Positions 49,142 to 60,075 of a stretch of DNA of 64,000 nt are shown here, one piece after another. Position 1 is the stretch's first letter. Each line of letters begins with the position of its first letter. The notes under the pieces were generated by a model. The model was not told where the DNA came from. It saw nothing but the letters and a program-made list of their open reading frames with translations, and searched no databases. A program made the translations under genes and the position numbers. Source of the stretch: Nitrospirota bacterium (GTDB lineage: Bacteria > Nitrospirota > UBA9217); NCBI GenBank assembly GCA_963845065.1, contig CAWJQQ010000009.1, positions 1,184,001 through 1,248,000 of the forward strand, in the 5' to 3' direction.

Positions 49142-49882
49142 ATGAGAACCGCAGTACTGATGGTCCTTCTGGTTTTTACCGGTTGCGTTTCAACCGGCTC
49201 TACAATAGATAAGGCAAAGATGTCTGAAGGGTATTATACGAAAGGGCTTTCCTATCTACAGGAAAAAAACCTTGAACTCGCATCAGTCGAATTCAATCGG
49301 TCTATACAGACTGACAGCACTAACAAGCTGCCCTACTACGGATTGGGAATCATCAGCGACTACCAGGGGAAATTAGAAGATGCACGGAAATACTATGAGC
49401 AGGCCCTCGACCGGGACTCGAATTTCTCCGAAGCATACAATGCCCTCGGCGTTGTCTACTTCAAACAACAAAAATGGAAAGAGGCAATAAAGGCTTTCAA
49501 TAAAGCTCTCGCGAACAAACTTTACACGACCCCTCATATTCCCTTAATCAACCTTGGGGATTTGTACATGGCGCAAAAAGACTATACGAAAGCCATAGAA
49601 GCCTATCGCGAGTCAACTCAGTATGCCAACCTAGATTTTACTATCCAAAAACTTGGTACTGCACTATTCGAGGCGGGTCGGATCAAGGAGGCGATCAGTG
49701 AATTCCAGGAAGGGGTGACGGTCGCTCCACAAAATGCGTCCATGAGGTTCAGCCTTGCCGTGGCGTTTTTGAAAGACGGTAATAAAAAGGCCGCTTTAGC
49801 AGAGTTTAAAAAAGTGACCGACCTTGATCCTAAGAGCGATATTGCCCATAAAGCAAAAGACTATGTAAGAACCCTGAGGTGA
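49142..49882 (+). CDS. TPR lipoprotein, PilF/Tgl-like type IV pilus pilotin
   Basis: Lipobox FTGC, TPR repeats, LY.TP motif, upstream of rodZ. Confidence 0.8.
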   Translation: MRTAVLMVLLVFTGCVSTGSTIDKAKMSEGYYTKGLSYLQEKNLELASVEFNRSIQTDSTNKLPYYGLGIISDYQGKLEDARKYYEQALDRDSNFSEAYNALGVVYFKQQKWKEAIKAFNKALANKLYTTPHIPLINLGDLYMAQKDYTKAIEAYRESTQYANLDFTIQKLGTALFEAGRIKEAISEFQEGVTVAPQNASMRFSLAVAFLKDGNKKAALAEFKKVTDLDPKSDIAHKAKDYVRTLR

Positions 49883-49886
49883 TTGG

Positions 49887-50864
49887 ATGGGGACGTTAGG
49901 AAACTACTTGCGGAGTGCCCGGGAGGCGCGGGGAATCGACCTGCGCGAAGCCGCCCAGCAGACCCGTATCAGCCTTCAATATCTGAAGGCCCTCGAATCG
50001 GAAGATTTTTCTAAACTGCCGGGGGCGGTGTTTGTCAGGGGCTTCCTGAAAAATTATAGCAAATTCCTACAGCTTGACGCAACCGAGGTAATGAAAAAAT
50101 TCGGAGAATTGCAGCAAACACCACCTCTTGTCATTGCAGCGCAGGCTTCCCAGAAGGAATCTACGACAACCGTAGAGGAACCTGAGACAAACACGTCCAC
50201 AAAATTCCCGTATGAACCCCTTATCTGGGGCACAGCCATTGCTATTGTCCTTGTGATTGCCCTGTTTGCAACACTCCCAAAGCGACATCGGAAAGAGATT
50301 CAGCAGCCTCCAGCAACGTCCGCGTTGATAGGGTCGATGCCTGCTACAACTGGCGAACAGCTGAAGCCGGAGAAACTCTATCTCGAAGTAATCGCCCTTG
50401 AGGACACTTGGCTATTAGTCAGGATCGATACGAGCCCACAAAAAAAAGCAATCTTAACAAAAGGGGAAAGCCTCATCTGGAGCGCAGATGAACGATTTCA
50501 GCTCAGTTTTGGCAGCGCCGGAGCTCTACGTTTGGTACTAAACGGCAAGGAGCTGAATGTTGACGAGCCGAAGGACACAGTAATCAGAGACATGACCATT
50601 ACTAGTGCAGGTATACTGAACCGGAATATCCAGACCGATTATGGTCGGCCCCTCAAAAGAAAACAACTTGCCCCGTCAACTAAAATGCAGTCCCTGCCTT
50701 CATCAACTGAAATACAATCGAAGCCTTCTGCATCATCAACTGAAATACAATCGAAGTCTTCTCAGACTGTTAAAGAGCAGGTCCGTGATCAACATCTGAA
50801 AACTGCACCGGTCAACACAATTCCAGTGCCGAAAACGCCTAATAACGGCATAACACTCCCGTAG
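49887..50864 (+). CDS. rodZ: RodZ (HTH-TM-DUF4115)
   Basis: LG..LR.ARE, LPG.VFVRGFLKNY, TM, WL.V..D, GSAGAL.L.LNG. Confidence 0.88.
   Translation: MGTLGNYLRSAREARGIDLREAAQQTRISLQYLKALESEDFSKLPGAVFVRGFLKNYSKFLQLDATEVMKKFGELQQTPPLVIAAQASQKESTTTVEEPETNTSTKFPYEPLIWGTAIAIVLVIALFATLPKRHRKEIQQPPATSALIGSMPATTGEQLKPEKLYLEVIALEDTWLLVRIDTSPQKKAILTKGESLIWSADERFQLSFGSAGALRLVLNGKELNVDEPKDTVIRDMTITSAGILNRNIQTDYGRPLKRKQLAPSTKMQSLPSSTEIQSKPSASSTEIQSKSSQTVKEQVRDQHLKTAPVNTIPVPKTPNNGITLP
50701..50756 (+). repeat. In-frame 33-bp-period tandem duplication in the rodZ tail
   Basis: CATCAACTGAAATACAATCGAAG at 50701 and 50734 (STEIQSK twice). Confidence 0.9.
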
Positions 50865-50899
50865 CCCAAAAGAGCTGCGCTAAAAGAAGCCCCGCCCTG

Positions 50900-50998
50900 C
50901 AGGATGTCCGACAATTCAAATTTTGGTAAATCGGCGAACATAAATTCAATGACATATGAGGCTAAAAATCGGAATGATTGTCATTGTCGGACAACCTA
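50900..50998. mobile_element. ~99-bp MITE with terminal inverted repeats (copy 2)
   Basis: CAGGATGTCCGACAAT ... ATTGTCGGACAACCTA, inside GAAGCCCCGCCCTG|CTTGGAGCGGAGTAAGTTAC. Confidence 0.8.
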
Positions 50999-51134
50999 CT
51001 TGGAGCGGAGTAAGTTACTGAAATGTGCGATTCTCATGAACGGAGATGCGGAAACAGGAACCAGTTCCGTCGGAGGATGACGTGTCCGCATCGGAGATGG
51101 GCTCAATAGGTATTTCCCAATCGAGGGCCATTAT

Positions 51135-51271
51135 AAAACCTGTCATTGAATACCCAGCAGTTTTACTGCTGGGATGAAAAGGACAATCCTGACGAAGTCA
51201 GGATAAGCATCTGTTTGGTTTTAGGTTCTATCGGTTTTGATGCCCCGCAGCTCTGCTGCGGGGTAATTCAC
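51135..51271 (+). mobile_element. Gene-less IS200/IS605-derived miniature element
   Basis: Left hairpin CCCAGCAG..CTGCTGGGATGAA, internal hairpin ATCCTGAC-GAA-GTCAGGAT, right hairpin CCCCGCAGC-TCT-GCTGCGGGG ending TTCAC. Confidence 0.75.
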
Positions 51272-51683
51272 TCTAATACTCGGCACGATTCAATATATCT
51301 CAAGAGCGTCGTCGTAGATATCAATCTGAATTTTCCTCTAGTGCGCCTCGACAGCGCAGGTAATGATCTTAGAACATTTATTATGGGTGACTATGAATTA
51401 TGAATTATCGTCATCAGGAACCCTAAAGAAGACCGAACGGTTTTAGCAACTCGGTGAGTCCTTGGATTTATTCATGGGGAGGTTCAGTGTCTTCAGTATT
51501 GGATCGGTGTTGAATTGCAACTCTTCAGAAGATTGTCAGTTCACGCAGGATGGACCGATTCAAAAGTAATTTTCATTGGCAACTCAGAGATATAAAAACC
51601 GTAGATTTCGGACTTATCTATCATTCTATACAGGTTGTGATAGCATTGCAATAACTGGTTCTGCAGCAAGAGACCGGGTTATT

Positions 51684-52115
51684 TTATTTTCTGTCGACCA
51701 TCTTTTTTACGTGTGACCCAGGCCAATAGATCCTGCAGCATTTCGGACATTGAAAAAAAACAGTATTTTTGTCACAGACGTGCTGCGGCACAAGGTCCCG
51801 GATTTCATGCTTCGCAATGGGAACGATAGGTTCATTGCATTTGGAACATCGTGTGAAGGGTGCTGTCTTTACGAGAAAATCGGATCGGACCTGTTCCAAT
51901 TGCTCAGCGACTAGTTCACTCTTAATGAATAAGTGCTTTATTGCAAGTGGTCTTGCGGATAGTGCCTTATCGCGTGTGAGGATCAAGCGGTCCTGTTCGA
52001 GTGATAGGCGGATGATCTCATTGTCATTTAAAGCGGGATCGTAGAAGACGTCAATCCCCAGGATACGCATCCTCTTTGCAAGCTTACCCAGCATTGCGTC
52101 GGCGATGAATTTCAT
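51684..52115 (-). CDS. Mut7-C RNase domain protein
   Basis: FIADAMLGKLA, LTRD, RCSKCN, CPKC.RIYW.GSH. Confidence 0.9.
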   Translation of the reverse strand: MKFIADAMLGKLAKRMRILGIDVFYDPALNDNEIIRLSLEQDRLILTRDKALSARPLAIKHLFIKSELVAEQLEQVRSDFLVKTAPFTRCSKCNEPIVPIAKHEIRDLVPQHVCDKNTVFFQCPKCCRIYWPGSHVKKMVDRK

Positions 52116-52211
52116 CGAAATATCCCTCGCATCCGCAGGTTGAAACAGAATTAAACTCAATAGGCCATCAAAGTTCGCTTAATCATTGATGCCATTCCAT
52201 TGCTCTAGGTT

Positions 52212-54647
52212 TCATGAAAACTTTCTTAGTCGTAATGAATTCGAAACAACGCTGACCGAACTGAAGGCCATTGCTGCCGAGGCGAGCATAGGATTCAGCA
52301 GTATCTTAAAGAATGGGTAAAGCACGCCTGCGGCAACAGGGATCCCGAAAACATTGTAAAAGAACGCCCAGAATAAATTCAATTTAATCGTTTGCATGGT
52401 CTGGCGCGAAAGCCTTATAGCATCGGCAACGACGCGGAGGTCATCTTTGATAAGCGTGACATCCGATGCTTCGATGGCCACATCCGTCCCCGTTCCGATA
52501 GCGATGCCTACATCTGCTTGAGTGAGGGCAGGGGCGTCGTTGATGCCGTCGCCGACCATGGCAACCACTCTCCCCTCGATCTGGAGTTTCTTTATAGTAT
52601 CCATCTTGTCCTGCGGTAGGACTTCAGACATAACGCGGGCGATGCCCAGCTCATCGGCAATGGCCTGCGCCGTTCTTCGATTATCTCCTGTCAGCATGAT
52701 GATATCTAGACCAAGGTCTTTAAGTTTCGAAATTGCTTCTTTCGAGTGTTCCTTGACGGTATCGGCAACGGCTATAATTCCCGCTGCCTGTTTTTGTACA
52801 GCAACGAACAAGGGCGTTTTGCCGTGTAAAGAAAGCTTCTCAGCCTCAGCGAGCATTGTGCCGAATTCGATCTTATTTTCGGCCATCAGGCGTTGATTAC
52901 CAAGAAGAACTTCTCGACCTTTGACCGTCGTTTGAACCCCATGGCCGGGCAGCGCTGTAAAATCATCAACCGGTTCAAGGCTTATGCCCCGTTCCAGCGC
53001 GGCTCGGACTATCGCTTCTCCGAGTGGATGCTCTGATCCCTTTTCTGATGATCCGGCGTAGAAAAGTATATCCATTTCGCTCATGCCGTTGGGGATAACA
53101 TCAGTCACTCGTGGTTCGCCACGCGTGAGTGTACCGGTCTTGTCGAGTATGATGGTATCGATCTTTTGTGCCCGCTCTAGGCTCTCAGCGTTTTTAAAAA
53201 GAATTCCATGCTCTGCGCCTTTTCCCGTGCCTACCATGATTGCCGTAGGGGTCGCTAGACCCATGGCACAGGGACAGGCAATGATCAGCACGGCTATGAA
53301 ATTGAGCATTGCAAAGGTAAATTTATGATCAGTAGGCCCAAACAAATACCAGATCAGGAAAGTAAGCAAGCCAATGCCAATAACAGTCGGGACGAAGATA
53401 CCCGAGATGTAATCGGCAAGACGTTGGATCGGAGCTTTAGAGCCCTGGGCTTCCTGGACCATGCGAATGATTTGGGAAAGCATGGTATCTTTGCCGACCT
53501 TGGTGGCCTTAAAGGTAAACGCCCCTGTTTTGTTAATCGTCGCACCGACGATCGAATCGCCGGTCTTTTTATCAACAGGGAGGCTTTCTCCAGTCAGCAT
53601 GGATTCGTCGATCGTTGAAGATCCGTTTATGATAACCCCATCCACGGGGATCTTTTCTCCTGGTCGAACTACGATGAGATCCCCGGATTCCACCTCTTCT
53701 ATGGGGATATCGAACTCCTTGCCCTCTCGGACCACTTTTGCCGTACGCGGCTGCAGCCCCATTAAATTTTTGATGGCTTCACCGGCCCGGGTCTTGGCGC
53801 GCGCTTCTAGGTATTTCCCGAATAGGATGAGCGTAATGATCATCGAGGCCGTGTCGTAATACGCACCACCATGACTGTAAAAGTGTCCAAGCATTACCGG
53901 GAAGAACGTGAGAACGACACTATAGCCATAAGCTGCGCTGGTCCCCACGACTACGAGGGTGTTCATGTTCGTGCTGCCGTGCTTGATTGATGCCCAGGCG
54001 TTTTGGTAAAAGTGGCGACCTGCCCAGAACTGGACCGGAGTCGCTAGAAGGAACAATATAAACCACATGGTCTGGTGCGGAATGACGGCTGGCATGGGAA
54101 TCATGTCCTGGAAACTCCCGACCATGACCATGAATGATAGAACTGCACTTACAATGAGTTTGGTGCGGAGTTCGGAGAGTTCTCTCTCCCGGGTCTCTTT
54201 TTCTATATCGAGAGCGGAGCGGCCTTCCAGCTGCAGCGGAAGACGAAAACCAGCTTTTTCGATGATTCTGCTGAGGTCGCGCAGAACAATCTGGCTGGGA
54301 AGGTATTCAAGCTCAATTGTTCCGGCAGCCGCATTGATTCTGTTCCTGATGACCCCGTCTATTGCAGACAGGACTCGTTCAAGCTCATGTACTCGGGAAA
54401 CATCGAGGTCTATGATCGGGATCGTTGCTTTGTCTGTGACTGCCTTGTATCCGAGCTCGTTGATGCTCTCAATGAACTTGCCGAGCCCGACAGCAGCTGG
54501 GTCGAACTCAACGACAGCTTTTTCGTTAGCGTAGTTGACGTTCGCGCTCTTTACGCCGACAAGCTTGGAAATGTCCTTTTGGATCGCTGTGGCGCAGTTT
54601 ACGCACGTCATGCCTTTTACAGGTATAACGGTTTTTTTAGTGTACAT
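52212..54647 (-). CDS. copA: Cu(I)-translocating P1B-type ATPase
   Basis: [38 protein letters not shown]. Confidence 0.93.
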   Translation of the reverse strand: MYTKKTVIPVKGMTCVNCATAIQKDISKLVGVKSANVNYANEKAVVEFDPAAVGLGKFIESINELGYKAVTDKATIPIIDLDVSRVHELERVLSAIDGVIRNRINAAAGTIELEYLPSQIVLRDLSRIIEKAGFRLPLQLEGRSALDIEKETRERELSELRTKLIVSAVLSFMVMVGSFQDMIPMPAVIPHQTMWFILFLLATPVQFWAGRHFYQNAWASIKHGSTNMNTLVVVGTSAAYGYSVVLTFFPVMLGHFYSHGGAYYDTASMIITLILFGKYLEARAKTRAGEAIKNLMGLQPRTAKVVREGKEFDIPIEEVESGDLIVVRPGEKIPVDGVIINGSSTIDESMLTGESLPVDKKTGDSIVGATINKTGAFTFKATKVGKDTMLSQIIRMVQEAQGSKAPIQRLADYISGIFVPTVIGIGLLTFLIWYLFGPTDHKFTFAMLNFIAVLIIACPCAMGLATPTAIMVGTGKGAEHGILFKNAESLERAQKIDTIILDKTGTLTRGEPRVTDVIPNGMSEMDILFYAGSSEKGSEHPLGEAIVRAALERGISLEPVDDFTALPGHGVQTTVKGREVLLGNQRLMAENKIEFGTMLAEAEKLSLHGKTPLFVAVQKQAAGIIAVADTVKEHSKEAISKLKDLGLDIIMLTGDNRRTAQAIADELGIARVMSEVLPQDKMDTIKKLQIEGRVVAMVGDGINDAPALTQADVGIAIGTGTDVAIEASDVTLIKDDLRVVADAIRLSRQTMQTIKLNLFWAFFYNVFGIPVAAGVLYPFFKILLNPMLASAAMAFSSVSVVSNSLRLRKFS

Positions 54648-54866
54648 AATTTATTTTACCACAAAGCTATTGCAGGGCAAAGGGGGAAGAGGCACACCAT
54701 GAGTAATATAACGGTTTTTGAGTGACTCAAACAAAACCGAATCGAAAATGCTGCAATTACAGTTCAATCTTGTTGATCTATATATTAAATATTAAGTTTT
54801 TTAAAAAATGTTAATTTGAGTACTACTTACTATAGTGCGTGAAGATACCCAGACTGCGACCTCCTA

Positions 54867-55793
54867 TCAAAGATCCCGTACCTTGACTGCAGCAATCAGT
54901 TTCAGAAAGTCGTCCTTGCAGCATAGCGCCGTTCCCGGCATTAAAGTTGTGGCGGTACCTGCAGCAACCGCATAAGCAAGGGCCTCTTTTAGGCCTTTGC
55001 CTTCAACTATTCCATATACAAAGCCGGCAACTGCTGAATCACCGGCGCCGATCGTATTTTTCACTTCTACCTCGGGATGAGACGCATGGTACGATTCCTT
55101 TTCTCCGATCAACAAGAGCCCCCTTGCCCCCAAGGAAACGATAACATTCCTGATACCATTATTTTGTATGCTTCTGGCTGCACTGATAACGTCATCTAAA
55201 TCTTTCAGCTCAACTCCTACCAGACGACTTAGTTCATGAATGTTGGGTTTGATCAGATCGGGCAAGCCACGTGTGCCTTCAACTAGAGCTTCCCCGTCTG
55301 CATCGAGAACGACTTTTGCGTTTCGGTTTTTTGCTATTTCGATGAGTTTACGGTAAATTTTGGGATGGACACCGGGAGGAATACTCCCGCTAATGATGAC
55401 CATTTCCGGATGATCAAGCCCTTCAACCTTGTGAATTAAACGCATCAGCTCATAGGGTTCTATAACAGGTCCACTTGCGCCGAACACCGACTGAACTCCG
55501 GTGCGCATGTCGTTCATAATTATGTTGGTGCGGGTTTCACCCGAGATCCGGATGAAATCGCAACTTATACCCTCGTTCAGCAAACGGCCTTCCAGCTCTT
55601 CGCCAGTGAACCCACCAACAAATCCGAGTGCAGTGCTACTGACGCCAAGCATAGTCAGAACCCTCGATACATCGATCCCTTTGCCTCCGGCAAATCGCTC
55701 TTCTTTTTTGATCCTGTTGGAATCATCGGGTTTTATCTCTTCGACCCAGACCGTACGGTCCAATGCTGGATTCAGTGTTATCGTATAGATCAA
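54867..55793 (-). CDS. 1-phosphofructokinase-family hexose kinase
   Basis: TLNPALD, GGKG, KPNIHE, IGAGD. Confidence 0.92.
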   Translation of the reverse strand: MIYTITLNPALDRTVWVEEIKPDDSNRIKKEERFAGGKGIDVSRVLTMLGVSSTALGFVGGFTGEELEGRLLNEGISCDFIRISGETRTNIIMNDMRTGVQSVFGASGPVIEPYELMRLIHKVEGLDHPEMVIISGSIPPGVHPKIYRKLIEIAKNRNAKVVLDADGEALVEGTRGLPDLIKPNIHELSRLVGVELKDLDDVISAARSIQNNGIRNVIVSLGARGLLLIGEKESYHASHPEVEVKNTIGAGDSAVAGFVYGIVEGKGLKEALAYAVAAGTATTLMPGTALCCKDDFLKLIAAVKVRDL

Positions 55794-56351
55794 GGTTCCC
55801 TCCGATACATTTACGCGGCAGGAGGGCTTTTTTTAGCGCTGATGCTGCGTGTAAAAAAATACTTCGTCAGATAACTCTTGTTGGAAACCTTAGCACTAAC
55901 CCCGATGGCACGGGATGCTATTCGATCACGTGACATTAACGGCAACAGTCATCAACGCAGCAGTTCTTGTCATGGAACAACTATTCCTTAAGATATTCCA
56001 CATTATCGTCGTGATTTCAGGTTCGTTATGGATTTGAGCGTCAGTTCTTATCTCTCTTGCGGCTTCACCGAATGGCATATCATCGGAGATATAACACAAA
56101 CCGAGCCCATCATTTCTGCATCCCTACATCTTAAAATGACAGTTGGCATAATTGCTCTCACTTTTTCGATTGACTAAAAATAATTGTATCAACAGGTTCG
56201 GTTACGCGTCAAGGAACAAGTCAAGGAAAACAATGAATAATCACTACATCCTCAGTAGTATAAAAAAAGAGCGAAAAAACAGAAGCAAAGCAGAGAATAA
56301 ACTATTGCTGGCCATTAATCACAGGGTCCCACTATACCTGTCAGAAGTTTT

Positions 56352-57656
56352 TTATTTTCTTTTGGTGTCCATCAATGCCTGCACGGGTTTGAGACTATAT
56401 GGGCTGCTATATTCGATCGCAGTAAGCACCGTACCTCCACCGGTAAAGAAGTAATAGCTTGCATCGTCCATTACCGAAAGGTAAAGACCCGGAAGAAGGT
56501 TCTTGAATTCTTGAAGCGTGTCACCGCCGCCGTACATTTTCATTGCGTGCCGGTTAAGGTCGATAGTGTTGTCAAGTGCCTGGGAACCGGCCGTAAAGTG
56601 CGGGGTGAAACCCATGACGGCATTGACGAAGATGGTCTTTGCCGTAGCGATGGCCTCGGCAACGGTCTTTTCCTCGAAGGACCGGGGATCAATGTCCGTG
56701 ATAAACGAGTAGGACCCGCCTGGCTGAAAGTTTTTAATGGAGATGGTCCGGTATTTCCCTTCGATTTTGTCTTCTAAAATATCTGATTCAACAATTAGCG
56801 GGAGCTCGACAATCTTTTTTGCTTTGCGATCCTTTTCTACCAGCTCTTTAGCGAGTCCGCGGTCCTCGTCGCTCACACCTTTTATCTGCACGCCATACTT
56901 CGCACAAAGGTAGGTATTGTAAATGACGCCGCCGAGAACCAGTCTGTCCACCTTGTCGTAGAGGGCATTGAGCGGCTTGATTTTGGTATCGTACTTCGCG
57001 CCGGCGACAACGGCCAGAAAGGGCCGCTCCGGGTTCATCACGCCCTCGAGGTTCCTGATCTCCTGCTGGAGAAGGAAACCGGCAAAGGAAGGAAGGTGCC
57101 TCGTGATATTGTACGTAGAGGCGTGAGGCTGCCATGAACCGAATGCATCATTCACATAGATGTCGGCCAAGCCTGCGAGCTGAAGTGCGAAGCGCTCGCG
57201 GACCTCCCCCTCAGCCTCTTCGCCTTGGAACCAACGCGTGTTTGGAAGGTAAATACCGCCAATCTTCCGCTCACGCAGATCTCGGATCGCAAGGTTAATA
57301 GAAGTGTCGATGTCGACGATTCCGCGAACGGGATCCTGGGGAAATTGTGGGATGTACAGTTTTGTATGGAGCTTCTGTTCAAGATAGTGCGCCACTGGCT
57401 CAACGGATTCTTCAGGCCTGCACGTAATCGTTGCGGTTTTTTTGTCTTTCGGCCTGCCTACGTGGGTCATCAAGACAGGCCTTCCACCCCGCTCTACGAT
57501 ATGGAAGAGTGTTCCGATAGTCCGGTCGATGCGATAGGGATCCCGTATGGCGCCGTCCTTCACTACATTATGATCGAAACGGACAAGGACTATTTTCCCC
57601 TGCAGGTCCGCTTCCTGGATCAAAGGCAGATCGTGATGCAATGGTTTCGTCATCAT
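56352..57656 (-). CDS. pgk: Phosphoglycerate kinase (divergent)
   Basis: VLVRFDHNV, HVGRP, NTRW, VNDAFG, GGGDT, TGGG. Confidence 0.88.
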   Translation of the reverse strand: MMTKPLHHDLPLIQEADLQGKIVLVRFDHNVVKDGAIRDPYRIDRTIGTLFHIVERGGRPVLMTHVGRPKDKKTATITCRPEESVEPVAHYLEQKLHTKLYIPQFPQDPVRGIVDIDTSINLAIRDLRERKIGGIYLPNTRWFQGEEAEGEVRERFALQLAGLADIYVNDAFGSWQPHASTYNITRHLPSFAGFLLQQEIRNLEGVMNPERPFLAVVAGAKYDTKIKPLNALYDKVDRLVLGGVIYNTYLCAKYGVQIKGVSDEDRGLAKELVEKDRKAKKIVELPLIVESDILEDKIEGKYRTISIKNFQPGGSYSFITDIDPRSFEEKTVAEAIATAKTIFVNAVMGFTPHFTAGSQALDNTIDLNRHAMKMYGGGDTLQEFKNLLPGLYLSVMDDASYYFFTGGGTVLTAIEYSSPYSLKPVQALMDTKRK

Positions 57657-57991
57657 GATGAATGATTCCTCTTGTATCGGGAAGCTTGAGTGATTATTAT
57701 GGCGTCACTTTAATTATAGCAGCCTCAACGAAGTTGAAGTCGTAAATTCCTATCAAAAGTTATCATTGAAATAGGAGATGTGCGTCTTTTTTCTATGCGG
57801 CAGCCATGGTAAGTGGTGACTATTTAATCAGGTGGTTGATATTTATCGATCGTCCGGAGAGCCTGTTAGGCGCCCATCTGCTCCGGATGTTAATTGTGTG
57901 GTCAAGACTATTGCGTGTGTTAATTATTAACCAACAGAATCGCCGTACGCAACCGTTATACGGGCGAGACCGTCTTGTGCGCACGCAGCCG

Positions 57992-58381
57992 TTAAAAAAA
58001 GAGCATGCCGTCGTATTCCAGCGCGTATGTAATCAGGTGTATCCCGCCGAGAATTTGGGTGCCTTCGATTAGATCTTCTTTCGAAAGGTTCCTGTTTTTT
58101 GCAACCTGTTCACAGAGCTGGAACTTGACCCCCACGGCGAGAGCGTCTAAGACCCGCTGTTCAAATGTCGGAACTCCGGGGGCCACGACACCTTCTTCCT
58201 TGATCTTCCCTTTAATGACCGCATCAGCCCCATCCTGGACGCAATAGACAACTGCATCACAACCGGAACACTGGGCAATTGTTGCGAACATGATCGCAGA
58301 TTTGATCTTTCCAACGTCATTTGCTCCGGTTGATAATTGGACGGCGAATTTTTTACGTTGTTTTCGGGCCACTTCTTCCAT
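57992..58381 (-). CDS. DsrE/DsrF-like protein
   Basis: ~130 aa; QDG motif, GVKFQLC, EDLIEG..GG pattern. Confidence 0.7.
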   Translation of the reverse strand: MEEVARKQRKKFAVQLSTGANDVGKIKSAIMFATIAQCSGCDAVVYCVQDGADAVIKGKIKEEGVVAPGVPTFEQRVLDALAVGVKFQLCEQVAKNRNLSKEDLIEGTQILGGIHLITYALEYDGMLFF

Positions 58382-59195
58382 TGTTTTCTCCCTATATCGT
58401 AAGGAATCGTCTTATGTGCGGATGACAGACGCGAGCCTTGCACATCGTGCATGAGTTTCTCTATCTGTCGTAAAATTGAGCCAAAGGCACATTCTCTATG
58501 ACCTATTCAACGCGACTCCACATAATTCTGCCAATTTATTTCTTGCCTTCGTTTTTCAAAACCACATATCCCTTCAGACCTTTGCTTCTCGGTTCATACG
58601 GATAACTTTTGGCGTATCGATGATGAATGGGGGTACATCGCAGAGACGCCTCCTATGCATCGAGCGCAATATACGTAAGATAAGTGGAGCCCCTGTGACG
58701 GACCTTTCTGATACGCTAGCTCTCAACAATTCACGCCAACTACGATTGAGCTCTTAGCGTCATGGTTAATGTTTGCGAGGAAAAAAGGAGGTACCAGATT
58801 AACGCTAAAGCGTGAAAATGCAATCTGTCGATTGAGGCTGTAACAAAGTTTGAGCGTGCATGACGGGCAGCGACCACGATGCTCTGTGGATCAGTTTAAT
58901 TCAATTTAATGATGTTGCCATGGATGCCGCCAGTAGGGTTCACATCCTGAGGAAAATCATGAGTGTGATTTCAGCGATAGCGTCCTCTAACCGTATCCCT
59001 TTCATCATAGTTTCACCTTTTTACTCATTTCAATGGTTGTTTCGCTATATCGCAGGACATAAGATCCACTGTTGAGGTCCTTAGACCACTGCCTACACGT
59101 TAGAAAATAACACTCTGTTTAGAATGGAGAAAAGTCCTAAGCAGGGCTGATTTTTGCTCGTATGCAGCATCGCTCGGTTTTTCATGCTATGTTCG

Positions 59196-59612
59196 TCAAA
59201 TGGTAAATTCTATTTCAGAGAAAAAATACTTTATTTCAAAAGCTGCGGTCTCGGCTGCATCGGAACCGTGAACGCTGTTCTTTTCGAGATCGACGGCAAA
59301 TTCCTTGCGGATCGTGCCTCGATCTGCGTTTGCAGGGTTCGTGGCCCCCATGAGCCTTCGCCAAGCAGCAATGGCGTCTTTCTTCTCAAGCACCATGGTA
59401 ACACAGGGCGCCGAAGACATATAGGATGTCAAACTTTCAAAGAACGGTTTGCCCTTGTGGACTACATAGAAACCCTCGGCTTCCTTTTTGGTGAGCCAAA
59501 GTTTCTTCATCGCGACGATCGTGAACCCGTTCTCCTCAATCTTGGACAATATCTTCCCTGAAATATTTCTGCTGACTGCGTCTGGCTTGATGATGGCAAA
59601 AGTCTTCTCCAA
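59196..59612 (-). CDS. ndk: Nucleoside diphosphate kinase
   Basis: IIKPDAV, MGATNP, GTIR, NSVHGSD. Confidence 0.97.
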   Translation of the reverse strand: MEKTFAIIKPDAVSRNISGKILSKIEENGFTIVAMKKLWLTKKEAEGFYVVHKGKPFFESLTSYMSSAPCVTMVLEKKDAIAAWRRLMGATNPANADRGTIRKEFAVDLEKNSVHGSDAAETAAFEIKYFFSEIEFTI

Positions 59613-59696
59613 CGGTTCCTCCTCGAAGTAAAATTGTATTTTAAAAAGTATATTACCACGAATGAAATCGGATAGAAACGGAAATTTATGATTTAT

Positions 59697-59762
59697 GAAA
59701 CTATGACAGAATACCCCGCATCTTCGCCTGGGATGAATGTCATCCTTGCCCGGGGAGTTATA
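59697..59762 (+). mobile_element. Collapsed IS200/IS605-type end hairpin(s)
   Basis: ATGACAGAATACCCCGC...GGGATGAATGTCAT resembles the left end at 51141-51180; preceded by TTAT. Confidence 0.45.
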
Positions 59763-60075
59763 AGCGGTCTGGCGTTTCCCTTTTACAGCGAGACGCGAAA
59801 CAATTTACTGAACGTTTGTTGTTAAAGAAATCAGGAAATTACGGATATATAGTGACGCAGAAAGATTAAGCCGCATGCGGCATTTATTCAAGGAAGGTAA
59901 AAGGATTAAGAACATTGATGAAAGAAATTCTCTATGATGATATTAATAATCTGTGGATAAATTCTGCTGTATATATCAGTCGCGACGATTTATCTTCGGT
60001 ATTACTCAAATAAACGGTAGTGCTCTTGGATGTACGTTCACACTCTTTCGAAACATACGATGGGCATGGATGTGG

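Noticed and set aside
55800..56350. Possible decayed gene between the kinase and pgk
   Set aside because: Only short broken frames with no recognisable motif.
58390..59150. Long gap with short ORFs (58476, 58860)
   Set aside because: No motifs, RBS support or convincing structure; possibly decayed DNA but cannot be assigned.
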